A stretch of DNA of 64,000 nt, taken from the NCBI RefSeq assembly GCF_009914755.1, contig NC_060925.1; one strand, given 5' to 3'. Numbering within the stretch: the first letter of the stretch is position 1; each line of letters starts with the position of its first letter. Positions 18,864 through 34,978 of the stretch are shown here, one piece after another. The translations under genes and the position numbers were made by a program. The notes below the pieces were generated by a model. It ran no database searches. It saw only the letters and a list, made by a program, of their open reading frames with translations, and was not told where the DNA came from. The stretch is from the human T2T-CHM13v2.0 reference genome, Homo sapiens.

Positions 18864-19745
18864 TGAAGGCTTGGGGTGGCACTGAGAATCAGGAGTCCGT
18901 CTGCCCCCAGTGCCCCATGAATCCTCTCCAGTTTGTACTTGGCCACAGGGGCTAAGGGAGGCCTAGCCTTCTCGGGCCATGTCCTCAGGCCTCTCCACTC
19001 CCTGTGTACTGCCTGGGCCCTCTTTCTTCGGCTTCACCTTCCCCCTCTGGAGAATGACTTGCTTTGACCAGTGAAAGTGAAAGTTCTGGCAGCAATGCTG
19101 AGTCCTTGTTCATGTTTCTCTTGCCAGAAAAACGAGGACTCAGAGTTTAGACTCAGGAGCCACTGCCTTGCTGTGTGACCTCAAGCAAGTTATTGGCCCT
19201 CTCTGAGCCTAAGTGGGCTCATCTGTAAAATGGAAAAATAACACTGCCTGGCACATAGAGAGGGATCAAATAACTGAATCTGTCCCTTCACTTCCTTCCA
19301 GCACCCCCAACACTGTCCCTGCTTCCCCCTCCCCAGCCCCTTCAGGCTTCAGAGACTCACATTCTAGAAGAAAGGCCAGGGGTAATGGAAAAGGGAAGAG
19401 GTCCTGACCAAAGTAGAAAGGGAGTCTCATGGAATCACCCTGGGCCTCCTAGTCCAAAGCAGACCAGAAGGATCACATAGACATTTGCAGTAATTTGCAT
19501 CCGGGCATCCTACATGTGGTACCTGAACCTGAAGTCAAGTCAAGGTCAGTGCCCCAGAGGGGTATGAAGTCCTCAGCCTTGGGCAGGAACACAGCAGAGC
19601 AGCCAGAGTTCCATGCATTTCCCAGAACCTGACACTTTCCCAAGTGCCTGTTCACACTTCTCTCCACTTTACAGATGAAGTGGAGGCTCAGAGAGGTTGA
19701 GACACTTGCCCAAAGTCACACAGCCAATCAGAATCGATGTCCTGA

Positions 19746-20432
<687 letters not shown>

Positions 20433-20604
20433 GCCAGGGAAGGACCCCCTCCCCCACCCACCTCTCTGGCTTCCATGCTCCGCCTGTAAAATGGGGGCGC
20501 TATTGCTTCAGCTGCTGAAGGGAGGGGGCTGGCTCTGAGAGCCCCAGGACTGGCTGCCCCGTGACACATGCTCTAAGAAGCTCGTTTCTTAGACCTCTTC
20601 CTGG

Positions 20605-20610
20605 AATAAA
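20605..20610 (+). terminator. C1QA polyadenylation signal AATAAA
   Basis: AATAAA about 170 nt after the stop codon, followed by GT-rich sequence. Confidence 0.85.
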
Positions 20611-20701
20611 CATCTGTGTCTGTGTCTGCTGAACATGAGCTTCAGTTGCTACTCGGAGCATTGAGAGGGAGGCCTAAGAATAATAACAATCCAGTGCTTA
20701 A

Positions 20702-21066
<365 letters not shown>

Positions 21067-21413
21067 TAGCAGCCTCATCTACCCAGGTTCGAATCCTGAT
21101 GCCACCACTTATTAGCTGTCTAATCATGTGCATGTTAACCCAGCTCTGAGATCTCAGTTTCCTCATCTGTAAAGTGGGACTGATGATCCCAAAGGGTCAT
21201 TGGGAAGATTAAATGACTTAATATATGAAAATTGTAGAGCAGTGCTCAGTTTATAACAAGGGCTATGGAAATTTTTGCTATTATTATATTTTATTTAATC
21301 TTTATGACCAAGCTCTGGGTATGGTATGATGGCCCTACATTACAGATGATGAAACTGAGGCTGCGAGGAGTAGGCATCAATCAGCAAATCAGCATCTAAG
21401 GGGAGGATCTGGG

Positions 21414-21780
<367 letters not shown>

Positions 21781-24299
21781 TTACTGATGCCCAAGCCTGT
21801 GTTTAACCACTACCCTCACCAGCCTCCCTGGCTTCTATGAAGCACATGACACATCACACAGGTGCTTTTTCAACCCTGTGTTGGGAAGGCAGGGGCAGGA
21901 ATCAGAGAGGGGAAGCAATTGGCCCAAGGGCACTCCGCAGTCCTTCCTGAAGCTAGGTTTCCTGAGTCCAGCCCTGGGCTTCCACCTGGCAGGTGTGGAG
22001 ACCAGGGCTGCTGCCTCTGCTGCCTGATGGACATTCCGCCCAGGCTGGGGGCTGGGAGAGTCTTGAATGCTCACAGTGCATTCCAGGGCCCTATTTGTCT
22101 GTCTGGAAGCTACTATGAAGCAGCAAACCCCACCCTGTCCCTCGAATGCAGGAGAAATAAGGGGGCCAGGAGTTCAGATCTGAAAATGTCCAATGCACCA
22201 TGCAGTTTCTCAAAGGAAGCTGGGTTTAGCTTTGTGCTGCACACACACACACACGCACACACCAGTTATGCCTTCACACCCACAGACACACTCAGGGAGG
22301 CACAATCCATCATACCACACAGCCCCTGCCTCAGACATACAAGTAACATCCATGAACCATCGCATATTCTCTCTCTCTTACGCATGTGTCCCAGACACAC
22401 TCCTTTCACCCGGGGACACACATCCTCCTCACTCCAGCATGCACGAGCCTCAGAATGCCTGTGTTCTCTCCCACACGGACCCCCCACCACCCACACATAC
22501 ACTCAAACTCCCACAGGGCCATCCTCAGAAACACGGGCTGTCCCTCCCATCCACTGCCAGATGCACAAATGGCCTCATGGTCCTCGAGTGCACAACCTGA
22601 ATACCCACCTCTAAAGTACAAGACCCCCTCCTGGGACTGCCCCTGCCCTGCCAACAGGCTTTGGGGGTCGGGAAGAAGTGAGGGGGGCCCAGGGAGAGGA
22701 TGAACCCTCCACAGCCTCAGGGTAGCCCTCAGCTCCCTTCCAGAGTCAGCTCAGCCCTGTTCTCCCCCCGCCTCGCCCACCCAGAACACACACTGTTTCA
22801 CAGGCACCGGGAAAAGAGACAGGTCTTCGGGAACCTAACGTGCTGGGCATTCCACGGCCATTGATGTATTTAATCCCAGCAAAATCGATGTGGACACTGA
22901 GGCTCAGAGAAAGCAGACATCCACCCAAGGACACACAGCCAGAAAGGGGAAGGGCCCTGGGGCTGAGCCAGGGGTGCCTGACCCCACAGGGTTAGGGCAC
23001 GCAAAGAAAATGCCAGGGGTGGAGGCTCCATCAGCGGCAGTAGAGGCCAAGCTAGAGAAATGGGGTGTGCAGTGAGTGCCCGGCCACCCCCTTACCCTAA
23101 ATCCTACCCATACCCCACCATCCACCCACTACCCCGATGCAAAATCTCTGGCCCCTCTGGGAGGGGAATGAACTGGAGCTGCCCGGAGCGGGGCCAAGTG
23201 GGCGGGGCACGGGAGGGTTGAGCGTGGGCCGAGGCTGCCACCTGCTGGACAAGCCGAACCCAGGCGCAGAGGAGGTGAAGAGGGAGGAGAGGAGCCCAGA
23301 GCCGTTAGGCTGGGTGGCCCCCAGCCCCATAATGCAGTATCCATCATTTCTTCTCGTCCCAGGCTTCCACCCACCAGGGACTCCTAGGGCCAAGTGGGTT
23401 CATGCCCCTTAACTCACCCCACACTCTCTGCAGTCCCATGGCACGTGGTGGAGACACAGAAGGGGAGACTGAGACCCTGAGGGTTCCTCAGTGAGGCAGG
23501 GGAAGAGCTCTGAACACCTGCCCATACCTGGCACGGGACAAGGCATCACACGTGTGTTGTGCACTGAATCCCAGCCACTGGCCTGGAGCTGTAAGAAGCC
23601 TCCATGTTACAGAGGGGGAACCAATGGACACAGGTGGCAGGTGTGGGGTCGAGGCTGGAGCCCTGCTACTGCCTGACAGCCCCTTCATCCCTAGAATCTC
23701 ATGTGAGGAGAAGAGGGAGAGGGGAGAAGGCCTCTCAGCTCTGCCAGCCTGGTCCTGATGGGGAGCCCCTCACCAGCCATGGTGGGCTCCAAGCCCAGAG
23801 GCAGGGCACCCCCAGGATGCAGGCAAGGAGGGTGGTGTTGGCAGGGAAGATGGAACCGTCAGGGAAGACCAGGTGCCCCAACGAAGGAAGAGGCACCAAT
23901 ACTGAAAGCCAAGGCCACCCCAGTAGACAGAAGGGAGGCCAGAGGGACCAGTGATTTGCTGAAGGCATCTGGTCCATGCAGTGACAGGGCTGGAAGGAGA
24001 AGCCAGGGCCCTGGCTCTGTAGCCAGGGCAGCCCGTGCACCACAACAGCTGCCTGCCGCCAAAGCGGGTCCATCCTGGGGGTCCACCTCCAAGTGTGGCC
24101 ACTGGGATGGGGCACATGGAAGTTTCTAGAACAAGGCTTGCAACTTGACAAGTGCATGTGAGGCTTGTTTCTGGGGGCAGCTGAGCAGAGGGGTCAGAGC
24201 AAGGCTTTGGGCCCCAAGAGACCACTCAGTGTGTGACTTTGGGCAACGGTGTACATCCTCCTGAGCCTGTTTCCTTATCTGTAAAGGGGGATAATAACT

Positions 24300-24412
24300 T
24301 CCTCCTAGGGATTCTGGGAAAACTGAGTCTCAGGCAAAGCAAATGCTAACATTGGTCATTAGATGGGATGAACCTGACTCTGGGGGACGTCTGTGCCCTG
24401 GGGGCTTGTGTT

Positions 24413-24448
<36 letters not shown>

Positions 24449-24661
24449 CAGCCAGATGCTGGGGCAGGGGACAGTTCCTCATTTCGGACACTGACTGCCG
24501 GTGGGGGGATGTGGATGGGGTATTGCTGTGGTCAGTCTGGCTCAGCACCCAAAAGAAAGTGTCAAGTCAGGGAAAATTCTGGGAAAGGGGATGTGGGATT
24601 GGGGGAGGGCACGAGAAGGGGAGGGGGCCCAGCCCTGCTTTGGGCAATCCTTGCTCTGACC
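24300..24661 (+). promoter_or_regulatory. C1QC promoter
   Basis: Two GAS TTCTGGGAA (24312-24320, 24577-24585); IRF-ETS composite GAAATGAGGAA on the minus strand (24475-24485); MARE-like 24524-24537; (AC)15 tract. Confidence 0.65.
24416..24445 (+). repeat. (AC)15 microsatellite in the C1QC promoter
   Basis: Read directly. Confidence 0.95.
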
Positions 24662-24770
24662 ACTCAGACACCGTGTCCTCTTGCCTGGGAGAGGGGAAGC
24701 AGATCTGAGGACATCTCTGTGCCAGGCCAGAAACCGCCCACCTGCAGGTGAGGCCCGGACCCCTGCCCAG
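24662..24770 (+). other. C1QC: C1QC non-coding exon 1 with two alternative donors (after 24747 and 24770)
   Basis: CAG|GTGAGG at 24747 and CAG|GTATGG at 24770. Both can join acceptor 25044 upstream of the ATG. 5' end approximate. Confidence 0.8.
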
Positions 24771-24987
24771 GTATGGGCAGATGGCCGTTTCCTCCACCTT
24801 CCGCCACCTTCCTGAAATGTGGTGCCAGGGGCAGCTTGGTGTGTGAGGGGAAGGAGGGTTCCCACTCCTGCTGGGCCCCGGGGCCTGGGCTGAAGAAAAG
24901 GCCCCACCATCCATCCATGGTGAGGCTCCTGGGGGAGGAAGGAAGGCGAGCTCCCGAGGGCTGAGGAGGACGGGCCCTGGGGAATGA

Positions 24988-25302
<315 letters not shown>

Positions 25303-28135
25303 TGACCAAGGGGGCGGGGGACAGCAGGAAGTGCTTGCCTTGCTGCCACGCCTGCCCCAGGGCAGAGTTGGACTCTCACGGTGTGTCTGGCTCCTCTATC
25401 CTCAGAGCCCAGGCTTCAGGCCACCCCAGAGGTGACCTTGGGCCCAGCGCACTTCCATCTTCCTCCTCCTCCTTACCCGATTATAGGGAGGGAATAAGAG
25501 CGCCTGCCCCCAAAGGTGGCCAGGAGGCTCACAGGAGACAGTGCAGGGAAAGTCTTCTTGCCCTGCAACATGGGCACCTGGGGAAGCTGGGGCCCACACA
25601 GTGAATATATCCAATGCACGACTGCCAGGGTTCAAATCCCAGCCCCTACTGATTCCCTCTATGTGAACCCGCACAAGTTACTTAACCTCGCAGTGCCTCA
25701 GTTTCCTCATCTGTAAAACGAGGAGATGGTAGCACCTGCTTCACAAGGTTGCTGTGAGGATTAAGTTAACTTAAATATAAAACAGCCCTGAGCACCTGGG
25801 AGGTCTATACAGGTGTAGGCTATTTTATCATTGGTTTTATCAGATATCCATGCTCACCTCCCTCCTTAGGATTCTGGATAGTTGGAGGGGTGGGGAGTAG
25901 GAGGTCAGGATCGCAGCCAGAGAAACTTCTGTTGGAGGTCCACAGGCAATCCTTGGCATAAGAGAAGGGGGCTGAGGCTATGAATAGGTGACTGGGGCTG
26001 GAACTGGAGCCCTGGGGGGTATGAGTGCCTTGTCTGTGAGTGAGCTGGGCACGTCTCAGATGCTAGGCATGCCTGGAGCCGGCCTGGGGTGACACTGAGC
26101 GGAGGTGATGGGGTGACAGAGGCGGTGGAAAGGAGGGAGGCCAGTTGAGAGGAATGTCCTTAGGAGTGGTCCCACCATCATCTTCCCTCCTGGATAGAGG
26201 GAATGGCACCAACATTCCAGAAGGAATTCTCCAATTTAGGGTGAGCTTAGGGTGAGCTCAAAGCTCAATGAGGCCTCCAGGTCTGCCATTTTCCAGGAGC
26301 TTGTACTTCACAGCTGCCTCTGACCACCTCCCTGCCCAGGGTAGCTGATGGCCACCCGTGATTGAGCCCCCAAGTCCCAGGTGTGGTCTCAGTTTTAGGA
26401 AATGATAAAACCGAGGCCACAATCCCTTGAAGAAGTGATTGACCCTCATTTTGCAAATGTCAAAGCTGGGGTTCAGAGAGATTGAGCAACTTGTCCAAAG
26501 TCACACAGTGGGATCCTGTCCAACTCCCAAGTCCACATTCTCCACCACTGCCCTCAGCTGCCTCTCAAGTCCCCTCTGTATTGCTGTTTCCTGGCCCCCT
26601 CTCAATTGGTGGTTTGAAGACATCACGAAGGATGAGATGCTGCTCTGCTCAGCATCACTGGCAGCCATCACGAGGACCAGACACTCCAGAGCACGCTTCC
26701 TATGGTGTGCCTGGCACTGTGCCTGTCCCACTCCACCCTTTCAGGGACTCCCTCTTCTATTATGCCCGTATCTCAACTGAGCAAATACAGGCTCAGGGAG
26801 GGAGGTCACCCACCCAGGGTCACAGATGTGAAGGCCAGGTCTGCTGGGTCCCGACCCCACACTCCTAATGCTGAGGCCTAAGAGGTTCATAAGCCATAGA
26901 GGATCTGTCATAAATGGGTCTGCACAGTCACCCAGCCTGACGGAAGTCAGAGGAGGAAAGGAAACATGAGGGCTGATGGGAGCGGTCAAGGAGGGCTTCT
27001 TGGAAGAAGAAACTGGAGTCAGCCCTTAAAAGATGAGTATGATTTAGATAAGGGGAGAAGAATCTCACAGAGGCTCAGATCATCAGGGCTGGAACAGAGT
27101 GAGACACTGGGATTCTCCAGACTTGAGTTAGAGACCTGACTCCACCTCAAACTGGCTGCACGGCCTTGGGCAAGTCTCTAACTCGGCTTCCTCATCGGCA
27201 ACATGAGGGAAGTTGAACCAGGCCAGCTGTCATGGGGGCTGACGTGGGCTGAATGGGGCTGGGGTGAGCTGGAGAGAGCAGGCCCTGCAGTGGGGCGGCT
27301 TCTATTCGGCTCCTTCCAGTGGTTCCCATGTGCTAACCTGGGGAATCCATCTCAGGAGCAGATATAGGTTTTGTGGGACTCTGAAGCTTGTAAAATGTTG
27401 AGGGTCTTCTTTATGAAAAATAATACAAACTGAAAGATATGCTTGATTGCAGAGGTGAGAGTGGTTACAAAAATTTACACATGTAGCAAAATTATATTGG
27501 AACCACACACACAGTGTATATAAAACTGGTGAAGTCTACATAAGCTTTGTGAATTCTAGGAATGTCAGCTTCCTGGTTTTGACATTATACTTTAGTCATA
27601 CAAGCTGTGTCACTGGGGAAAACTGGGTGAACAGTCCCTGTTCTTTTGTTTCTTCAACTTTCTTTGACTCTATATTTCAAAATAAAAAAGTTGAAAAAAA
27701 TCAGAAATACAAAATTAGGCAAAAGGTCTTGAAGGGGCTGATGCAAGTGGACAGAACCTGAAACTTAAGCTGCCTCTGACCAACCTTCTGATTTTTTGTC
27801 AAGAAGGTCTGAGAATTTCAAATTTTAAATAAGTTCTGAATTTGTTCATGTTGGGCTCCAATTAAAAATTTTAAAAAACATTGTGCAGGCCAAACAAGAT
27901 ACTTGTGGCCACATGCCATCTGTCCGTGGGCTGACAGTCATGGCATCTGTGATCCCGCCCAGCTCTGAGCTCCCTACTTGCTTCATCACAAATGTGGAAA
28001 CTGAGGCCAAGAGACAGGGAAGTGCCTTAGACAAGGTCAGAGGGCAGGTCAGTGGAGAAGCAGGACTTGAACCAGACTCTCTCTCTCCCCTCCAGCCAAA
28101 GCCTAACTCCCTGCACCCTGCTCCTAGGGAGATAG

Positions 28136-28816
<681 letters not shown>

Positions 28817-29100
28817 GGCGGGCAGATGCGCTCGAGACCCACGGGCCTTCCACCTCCCTCAGCTTCCTGCATGGACCCACCTTACTGGCCAGTCTGCATC
28901 CTTGCCTAGACCATTCTCCCCTCCAGGGAGCCCACCCTGACCCACCCCCACTGCACCCCCTCCCCATGGGTTCTCTCCTTCCTCTGAACTTCTTTAGGAG
29001 TCACTGCTTGTGTGGTTCCTGGGACACTTAACCAATGCCTTCTGGTACTGCCATTCTTTTTTTTTTTTTTCAAGTATTGGAAGGGGTGGGGAGATATATA

Positions 29101-29106
29101 AATAAA
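29101..29106 (+). terminator. C1QC polyadenylation signal AATAAA
   Basis: First AATAAA after the stop codon, about 285 nt downstream. Confidence 0.85.
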
Positions 29107-29710
29107 TCATGAAATCAATACATATGCCTGGCTCAGATTCCTCATTGCTGATTCCTTGAATTTCGGATCTTCAACTTTGCATCAGCCATAGCTGGGCTCT
29201 GGACTCAAGGCATCTGGTTGGTGCTCAGGAAAGCTTGGCTGCCAGTGTTGGGACACTCAGCACCATTTGGCCTGGTGGGAGAGAGATGTTCTAAGTGTGG
29301 TTACATGCTGCCAGAGGTCCCCAAGGGATCATCTGCTGTCACTTTTTTTGGGGGAGAGGCACTGCCATCATTAAAGGTATCCAAGCCCACAGGTAAATGG
29401 GAGTCAGTTTGACTTCCTGGGCCTGTGCTGAACTTCAGGAGCATTTACCATGGGAGGAAATTGGGCTTGGGTAAGCCCAAAACAGACAAAGGCAAGATGT
29501 GCAATGAATTTGTGCTGAATGAATAAGAAATTGGTGTGAATGAATTATTGCATAAGTGGGTAAGTGAATAACTAAAAGCAGAGTAAATGAATGAATGAAT
29601 AAAAATCATAATAACTAACATTTATTGAGCACTTAGTGTATGCCAGCCATTACACTAAGCACGTTACACATATTAACTCATTTAATATTCATTATCACAG
29701 GGGCAACGAT

Positions 29711-29804
29711 GCCTCATGTCATTCCGTGTTTAACACCAGTCTCCCCTCGTAGAAGGGAGGCCCCATGGGGGCAGGGACCATGGCTGATTTGCTAAGAGCT
29801 CTCT
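29711..29804 (+). repeat. 94-bp direct repeat, copy 1
   Basis: 93/94 identical to 33212-33305. Confidence 0.95.
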
Positions 29805-30805
29805 TTTCTGTGCCTAGATGCTCTGAGATGGGCATGAGGGGGAGACAGAGAGAGAAAACTGGCCTCCCAGATGTCTGACTTGCCCCAAATAACTCACAGA
29901 CTCTGGGACTCCCAGGAGATCTGAAACCACTGCTGCCCACCGGCCATCAAGTTTTGACTGTGAGGTTGCTGGTGGTTGGATGCAGCCACCATGGTCCTTC
30001 TTGGAGGATGATGGAAGCCCACAATTTGATGTTGCAGGTACAAAAAGATAAAAAGTCTAACTCTCCTATGCAGGCTCCAGGTCCAATTCTCAGCACCCAG
30101 TCAGACTCGAGGCTCACTCTAGCCTGGGAGAACCTGGCCTGTCCTGGCTGTGATCACAGCTTGGTTCCACAAAGCCCCACGGAGTCATGGAAGCACCAGC
30201 CATCTGAGGTGTGGGCTGTTAAGAGCAGTGGCTCAAGCTGAGTTCTACAACCACCTCCATTCACTTTGGCTCCTCTGTTTGGGAAAGGGGCTGTGTCACA
30301 CCTCCCTGCCTTTGCCCATGCAGTCCCTCCCACTCATGCAAATCATCCATCCACCTGGATGATATTCATTCACTCAACTGTCAGGAGTCAACACAAACAT
30401 CACCTCCTCCATGAAGCCTTCTCCGATTTACCCCTTGGGTCCCCACAGTGCCCTCCACAAATTTGGGCACAAATTCATGACTCCTTAGAGCCCAGGTTCC
30501 CAAATCAGATGGTGAATAAAATTAACCTAAAGACTTATTTAAAACAAAATAAAACAAACAAAACCAGATTTCTCAACTCCAGGCTGCTTTATAAAGGTCT
30601 GGAGAAGCCCAGGCTGTAAATGAGTTGGCGGTTTGCAGGGGAATCTGATGCACACAGCCCACCAACTAGCTTTTGTGCACTTAGTCACTTACAGGTCTGC
30701 CTCCCCTTTAGACTGTAAGAATCGTGGGGGCAGGGCCCCTTCCATACATACCTGGCACATGACAGGGACATGAAAAGTGTGTAAGATGGGAAGGAGGGAG
30801 AGAAA

Positions 30806-31440
30806 GACACACACATGCACACACACGCACACGCACATATATGCACATACACACATATACACGCATGTAAAGACATGTACATACACACATATGCATACAT
30901 ACACACATATGTATACATACACACATATATGCATATACACACATGTACACATATACACATACATATATAGGCACATGCACAGACACACACATATGCATAC
31001 ACATACACATATTTATACACATATATACACAGACACATGCACAGACATCCACACATATACACATACAAAAATATACCTATATACACAGATATACACACGC
31101 ACACATGTATACACATACACACAGACATACACATATATACACATACACACACATATACACTCATATAGTATCCACACAACACTTAGATATATGCATACAC
31201 ACAGAAACACACATATACGCATATACATGCACATATACCCACACGCATATGCATGCACACACATTGACACCCACACATAGACATCCACACATCCACATAC
31301 ATTCACAGACACACACATAGACACACATACACACATAGACACTCATGCACATGTACACACAGATATACACACAGACGCATACACACATACATACACATAC
31401 ACACATACACATGCACACACATACACATACAGAAATACAC
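30806..31440 (+). repeat. Degenerate (CA/TA)n tract
   Basis: About 630 bp of CACACATATA-type units. Confidence 0.95.
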
Positions 31441-32455
31441 AGTGGGAGAGCAGGAGGCAGGGGCGGAAGAACCTGGACGGTTCACTGAGTCCAGTGCCCC
31501 CGGCGGGGACAGCGTGAAGGCCACGGCCACAGCATCCACTGCTCTCCTCCACCAACCCCTTAGCTGTCGGCCGGGCGAAGCTGTGGGTGATACGTCTTTC
31601 TTCTCATTTCTCTTTTGTTTAAAAAATCAATACACCATTTATGTAGGTCACAGTGTCATATCAGAAACCTGTACTTTGGAAATGACAATTTTGTGCCATT
31701 TTTATTTTCCATAATTGTTTCCTTGTTGTTCTCTCTTCGTCAGGGGGGCAAGCCTTTGAAAATGCCAACGTGTCTGCCTTGCTGAGGGGAGGCGGGGGAG
31801 AGTTTTTCAGTGGGGCAGGCAAGGAGGGGTGGACGTGGGGCAGGAGCCAGGACAAGACACCCCAAGCTGCAAGGAACCCCTTTCCAACCACAGGAAGGTG
31901 AGGGGGTGTAGGTTTCTTTTTCCACTCTTTGCAGGGATCAGGGATTTTCCACTCTCAATCAGGGATGTGAGTCCAAAATTTTGTAGGTACAGAGACCAGC
32001 TGGCTCCCATTAGCGGTCAAGGCCCAGGGACCCCTCAGCTCCTGATCCCCAAGTCCAGGCCTCCTCCTAATCCAGGCATGGCTTGTTTGCTCCTGGGTTC
32101 CAAGAATTCCATCTTCTCTTCATATAAGTAATACCGTTCCCATGTTTGCAGTGGGTGCCCACCAAGGGCTGGGCACTCACCTGGCCCTGGACATGGCAGG
32201 GGGACCTCGCTGGCCCCCAAAACAGCCCCAGGAGATAGGCGTTCATGCTTCCCATTTCTACACGAGGAAACTGAGGCCAGTAAACATTCCCGTGGCCACA
32301 TAGTTAGCAAGACGAAGAGCTGGGATTCAAACTGCCAAAGTCCGTGCTCCTAACCCACCTCTGCTGCTTCCTGTTCTTAGCCTCACTGCTTCTACCCCAC
32401 ATTGACATCCATCTTTTCCCATTGCCCTTAGCCACCTAAGAATTAGAGGCCCAGA

Positions 32456-32799
<344 letters not shown>

Positions 32800-33211
32800 T
32801 CAGAAGCCCTCAACTTGCAACCTACTAACTCGTTTCTCCCTTTGTGGAATCCAGTGTTTCTTCTCTTCACCCTAGCCTGGGTCCCTTCGGGACTATAGTT
32901 GACTGAGCTCAGAGACCTTTTGGTTTTATCAAACTTATCTTTCCCTCCTGTTCACCCATTGCAGTTAACACTTAATTTCCACCAAGCTGCATCCACAAGC
33001 CCAGTGAATTTCCATCTCCAAGCACAGATGTCAAGAGGGCCTCCAGCTCCTGGTGCTTGCTAGTCATCATGTCGTCTGAGACGCAGCCACAGGGAGAGAC
33101 TGATATCCTAGTGCCAGGGATGCCGGCTTCCAGGTCTGCATCTGCCACCTCCATGAGGCATCGGCCCCAGCAGTCACGTCTTTCTGTGACATTTATCACA
33201 GAAGCAATGAA

Positions 33212-33305
33212 GCCTCATGTCATTCCGTGTTTAACACCAGTCTCCCCCCGTAGAAGGGAGGCCCCATGGGGGCAGGGACCATGGCTGATTTGCTAAGAGC
33301 TCTCT
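33212..33305 (+). repeat. 94-bp direct repeat, copy 2
   Basis: 93/94 identical to 29711-29804. Confidence 0.95.
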
Positions 33306-34019
33306 CTTCAGTGCACATGGAAGCAAACACTAAATATTTGTTAAATGGTGGGTCTCCCCTCTGGGCCTCAGTTTCCTCGTATATAAAATGAGGAGGATGG
33401 GCCGAGTAACCTCAGCCCCTCTCCGGCCCTAACTTGGCGTGATTCCAGGATCGAGAAGAAGCAACAGGCCCCTGCCTGGGCCTATTATTGTCATCAGCGT
33501 CCAGCCCTGCTGGAAGCAGAGGGAGGGGTATCAATAAATAATGAACACATTTAAAATTCATTATGAGATTATTTTCTGAGAACAGGGAAAGAGCAGGGGC
33601 ACAGAATGGGAAGGAAGCAGAAGAGATGAGCCCAGAAAGGGGAAGCCTGGGACATGAAGTGATATTAACAATGAACACGTGCACAGCCCTTTACAGTTTA
33701 CCCCCAGACACTTCCTCCCCCATCATTTCCTCCATTATCCTCCCAGTGGCCTGTGAGATCTGTATCTGTAGAGCAGGTACAATTATGGTCCCATCCTATA
33801 GCAGAGAAAATTGGGGCTCCCTTGACTGACAACACATCAACTGGCAAGTGGCAGAGGCGGGATTGGAATCAAAGGCTCTGACTGTAAGCCAGCACTCAGG
33901 CAGCGGGCCCGCCACATGATGCTCACTGAGGAACACCCCTGCCCAGTGTAGAAGAAGATCACGAGGTCAGAGAGCCTGGGAGGGTGAGCTGTGGATGTTC
34001 CCCCAGGACAGCGTGTTCT

Positions 34020-34240
34020 CCCCACAGCTGCTGAGTTGGCAGAACCAAACTTGCCACCCACCCGTCTCATTTACAGTAAATCCAGTGGGTTGCAGAAATA
34101 GGACCTGAAACTGCCTGAGGGCAGCAGGGTGGGGGGACAGTGAGGGGACGGGAAAGGGGCCAGCCTGCTGGGCCATGGGAGGGGACCGTCAGGGGAAAGC
34201 CCTTCCCGCCTCTGGGGAAGGGAACTTCCGCTTCGGACCG
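34020..34240 (+). promoter_or_regulatory. C1QB promoter
   Basis: T-MARE-like TGCTGAGTTGGCA 34029-34041 (11/13); kB consensus GGGAACTTCC 34220-34229 overlapping PU.1/ETS ACTTCCGCTTC 34224-34234. Confidence 0.7.
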
Positions 34241-34313
34241 AGGGCAGTAGGCTCTCGGCTCCTGGTCCCACTGCTGCTCAGCCCAGTGGCCTCACAGGAC
34301 ACCAGCTTCCCAG
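34200..34313 (+). other. C1QB: C1QB non-coding exon 1 (5' end approximate)
   Basis: Donor CAG|GTGAGG after 34313. Joined to 40380 it gives ...CAGCTTCCCAG-GAGGCGTCTGACACAGTATG, matching my recollection of the C1QB mRNA leader. Confidence 0.85.
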
Positions 34314-34818
34314 GTGAGGACGGGGCTTGGCGCCTGGGGGAGGCTGGCAGGGCCAATATGGCAGAAAGTGGTGATTCCGTAAGTGTGAGCTTTGCGTCAC
34401 CTGCCTCGGAGCCAGCTAGGCTGTTTAACAGTGCAGGTAGCTGGGCCCAATCCCAGACCTATGGGACCCAGATCTCTGGGGTGAGTTGGGGAGTCTGCTG
34501 CTAACCAGGGCCTAGCGGATGGGCAGGCCACCTAAAGCGGGAGCCTGGCACATAGGAGCTTTGGCATCGCAGAGGCTTGAGCTGAGTCTGGCTCTGCACC
34601 TTATGTATTGGTTATCTTGGGCAAGTCACCTAACCTCTCTCAGCCCGGCCCCCCTACAGAGAACAGAATCTTTCAGCACTGCTGTGCCTTACAGGAGATC
34701 AAGCTTGCAAAAGCTTAGTGCATGCCCTGGCTCAAAATTTATCAGTAAACCAGAGGCAGGAGTGGGATTATAAGCCAGTCGCTCCTGCCCGGCCCAGCAT
34801 TTCCCCAACACCTTGCTT

Positions 34819-34978
34819 ATTTCCTCATACTCGCTGAGAAAGCTCAGCTTGACTCTTCCAAAGAAATAAGGGGATGTGCAGGTAGAGTTACGATGAGTTC
34901 TCAGCTAGTACTGAGTGAGCGCAATGTTTGTGCAGCTGGGGAGTGGGATGTGGCACTGCACGGGGCAGGGGGGACCTT
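34819..34978 (+). repeat. Diverged ~155-bp direct repeat in C1QB intron 1, copy 1
   Basis: Aligns by eye (roughly 80%) to 37029-37178. Confidence 0.9.

Noticed and set aside
21862-22614. 250-aa ORF between C1QA and C1QC
   Set aside because: Non-ATG start, spans MIR-like and CA-rich sequence, no domain.
31490-31516. Split REST/RE1-like motif TCCAGTGCC-N8-GGACAGCG
   Set aside because: Several mismatches in the left half plus a non-canonical spacer; too weak to call.
30685-31555. His/Thr- and Cys/Val-rich ORFs (also at 58900-60674)
   Set aside because: Artefacts of (CA/TA)n repeats.
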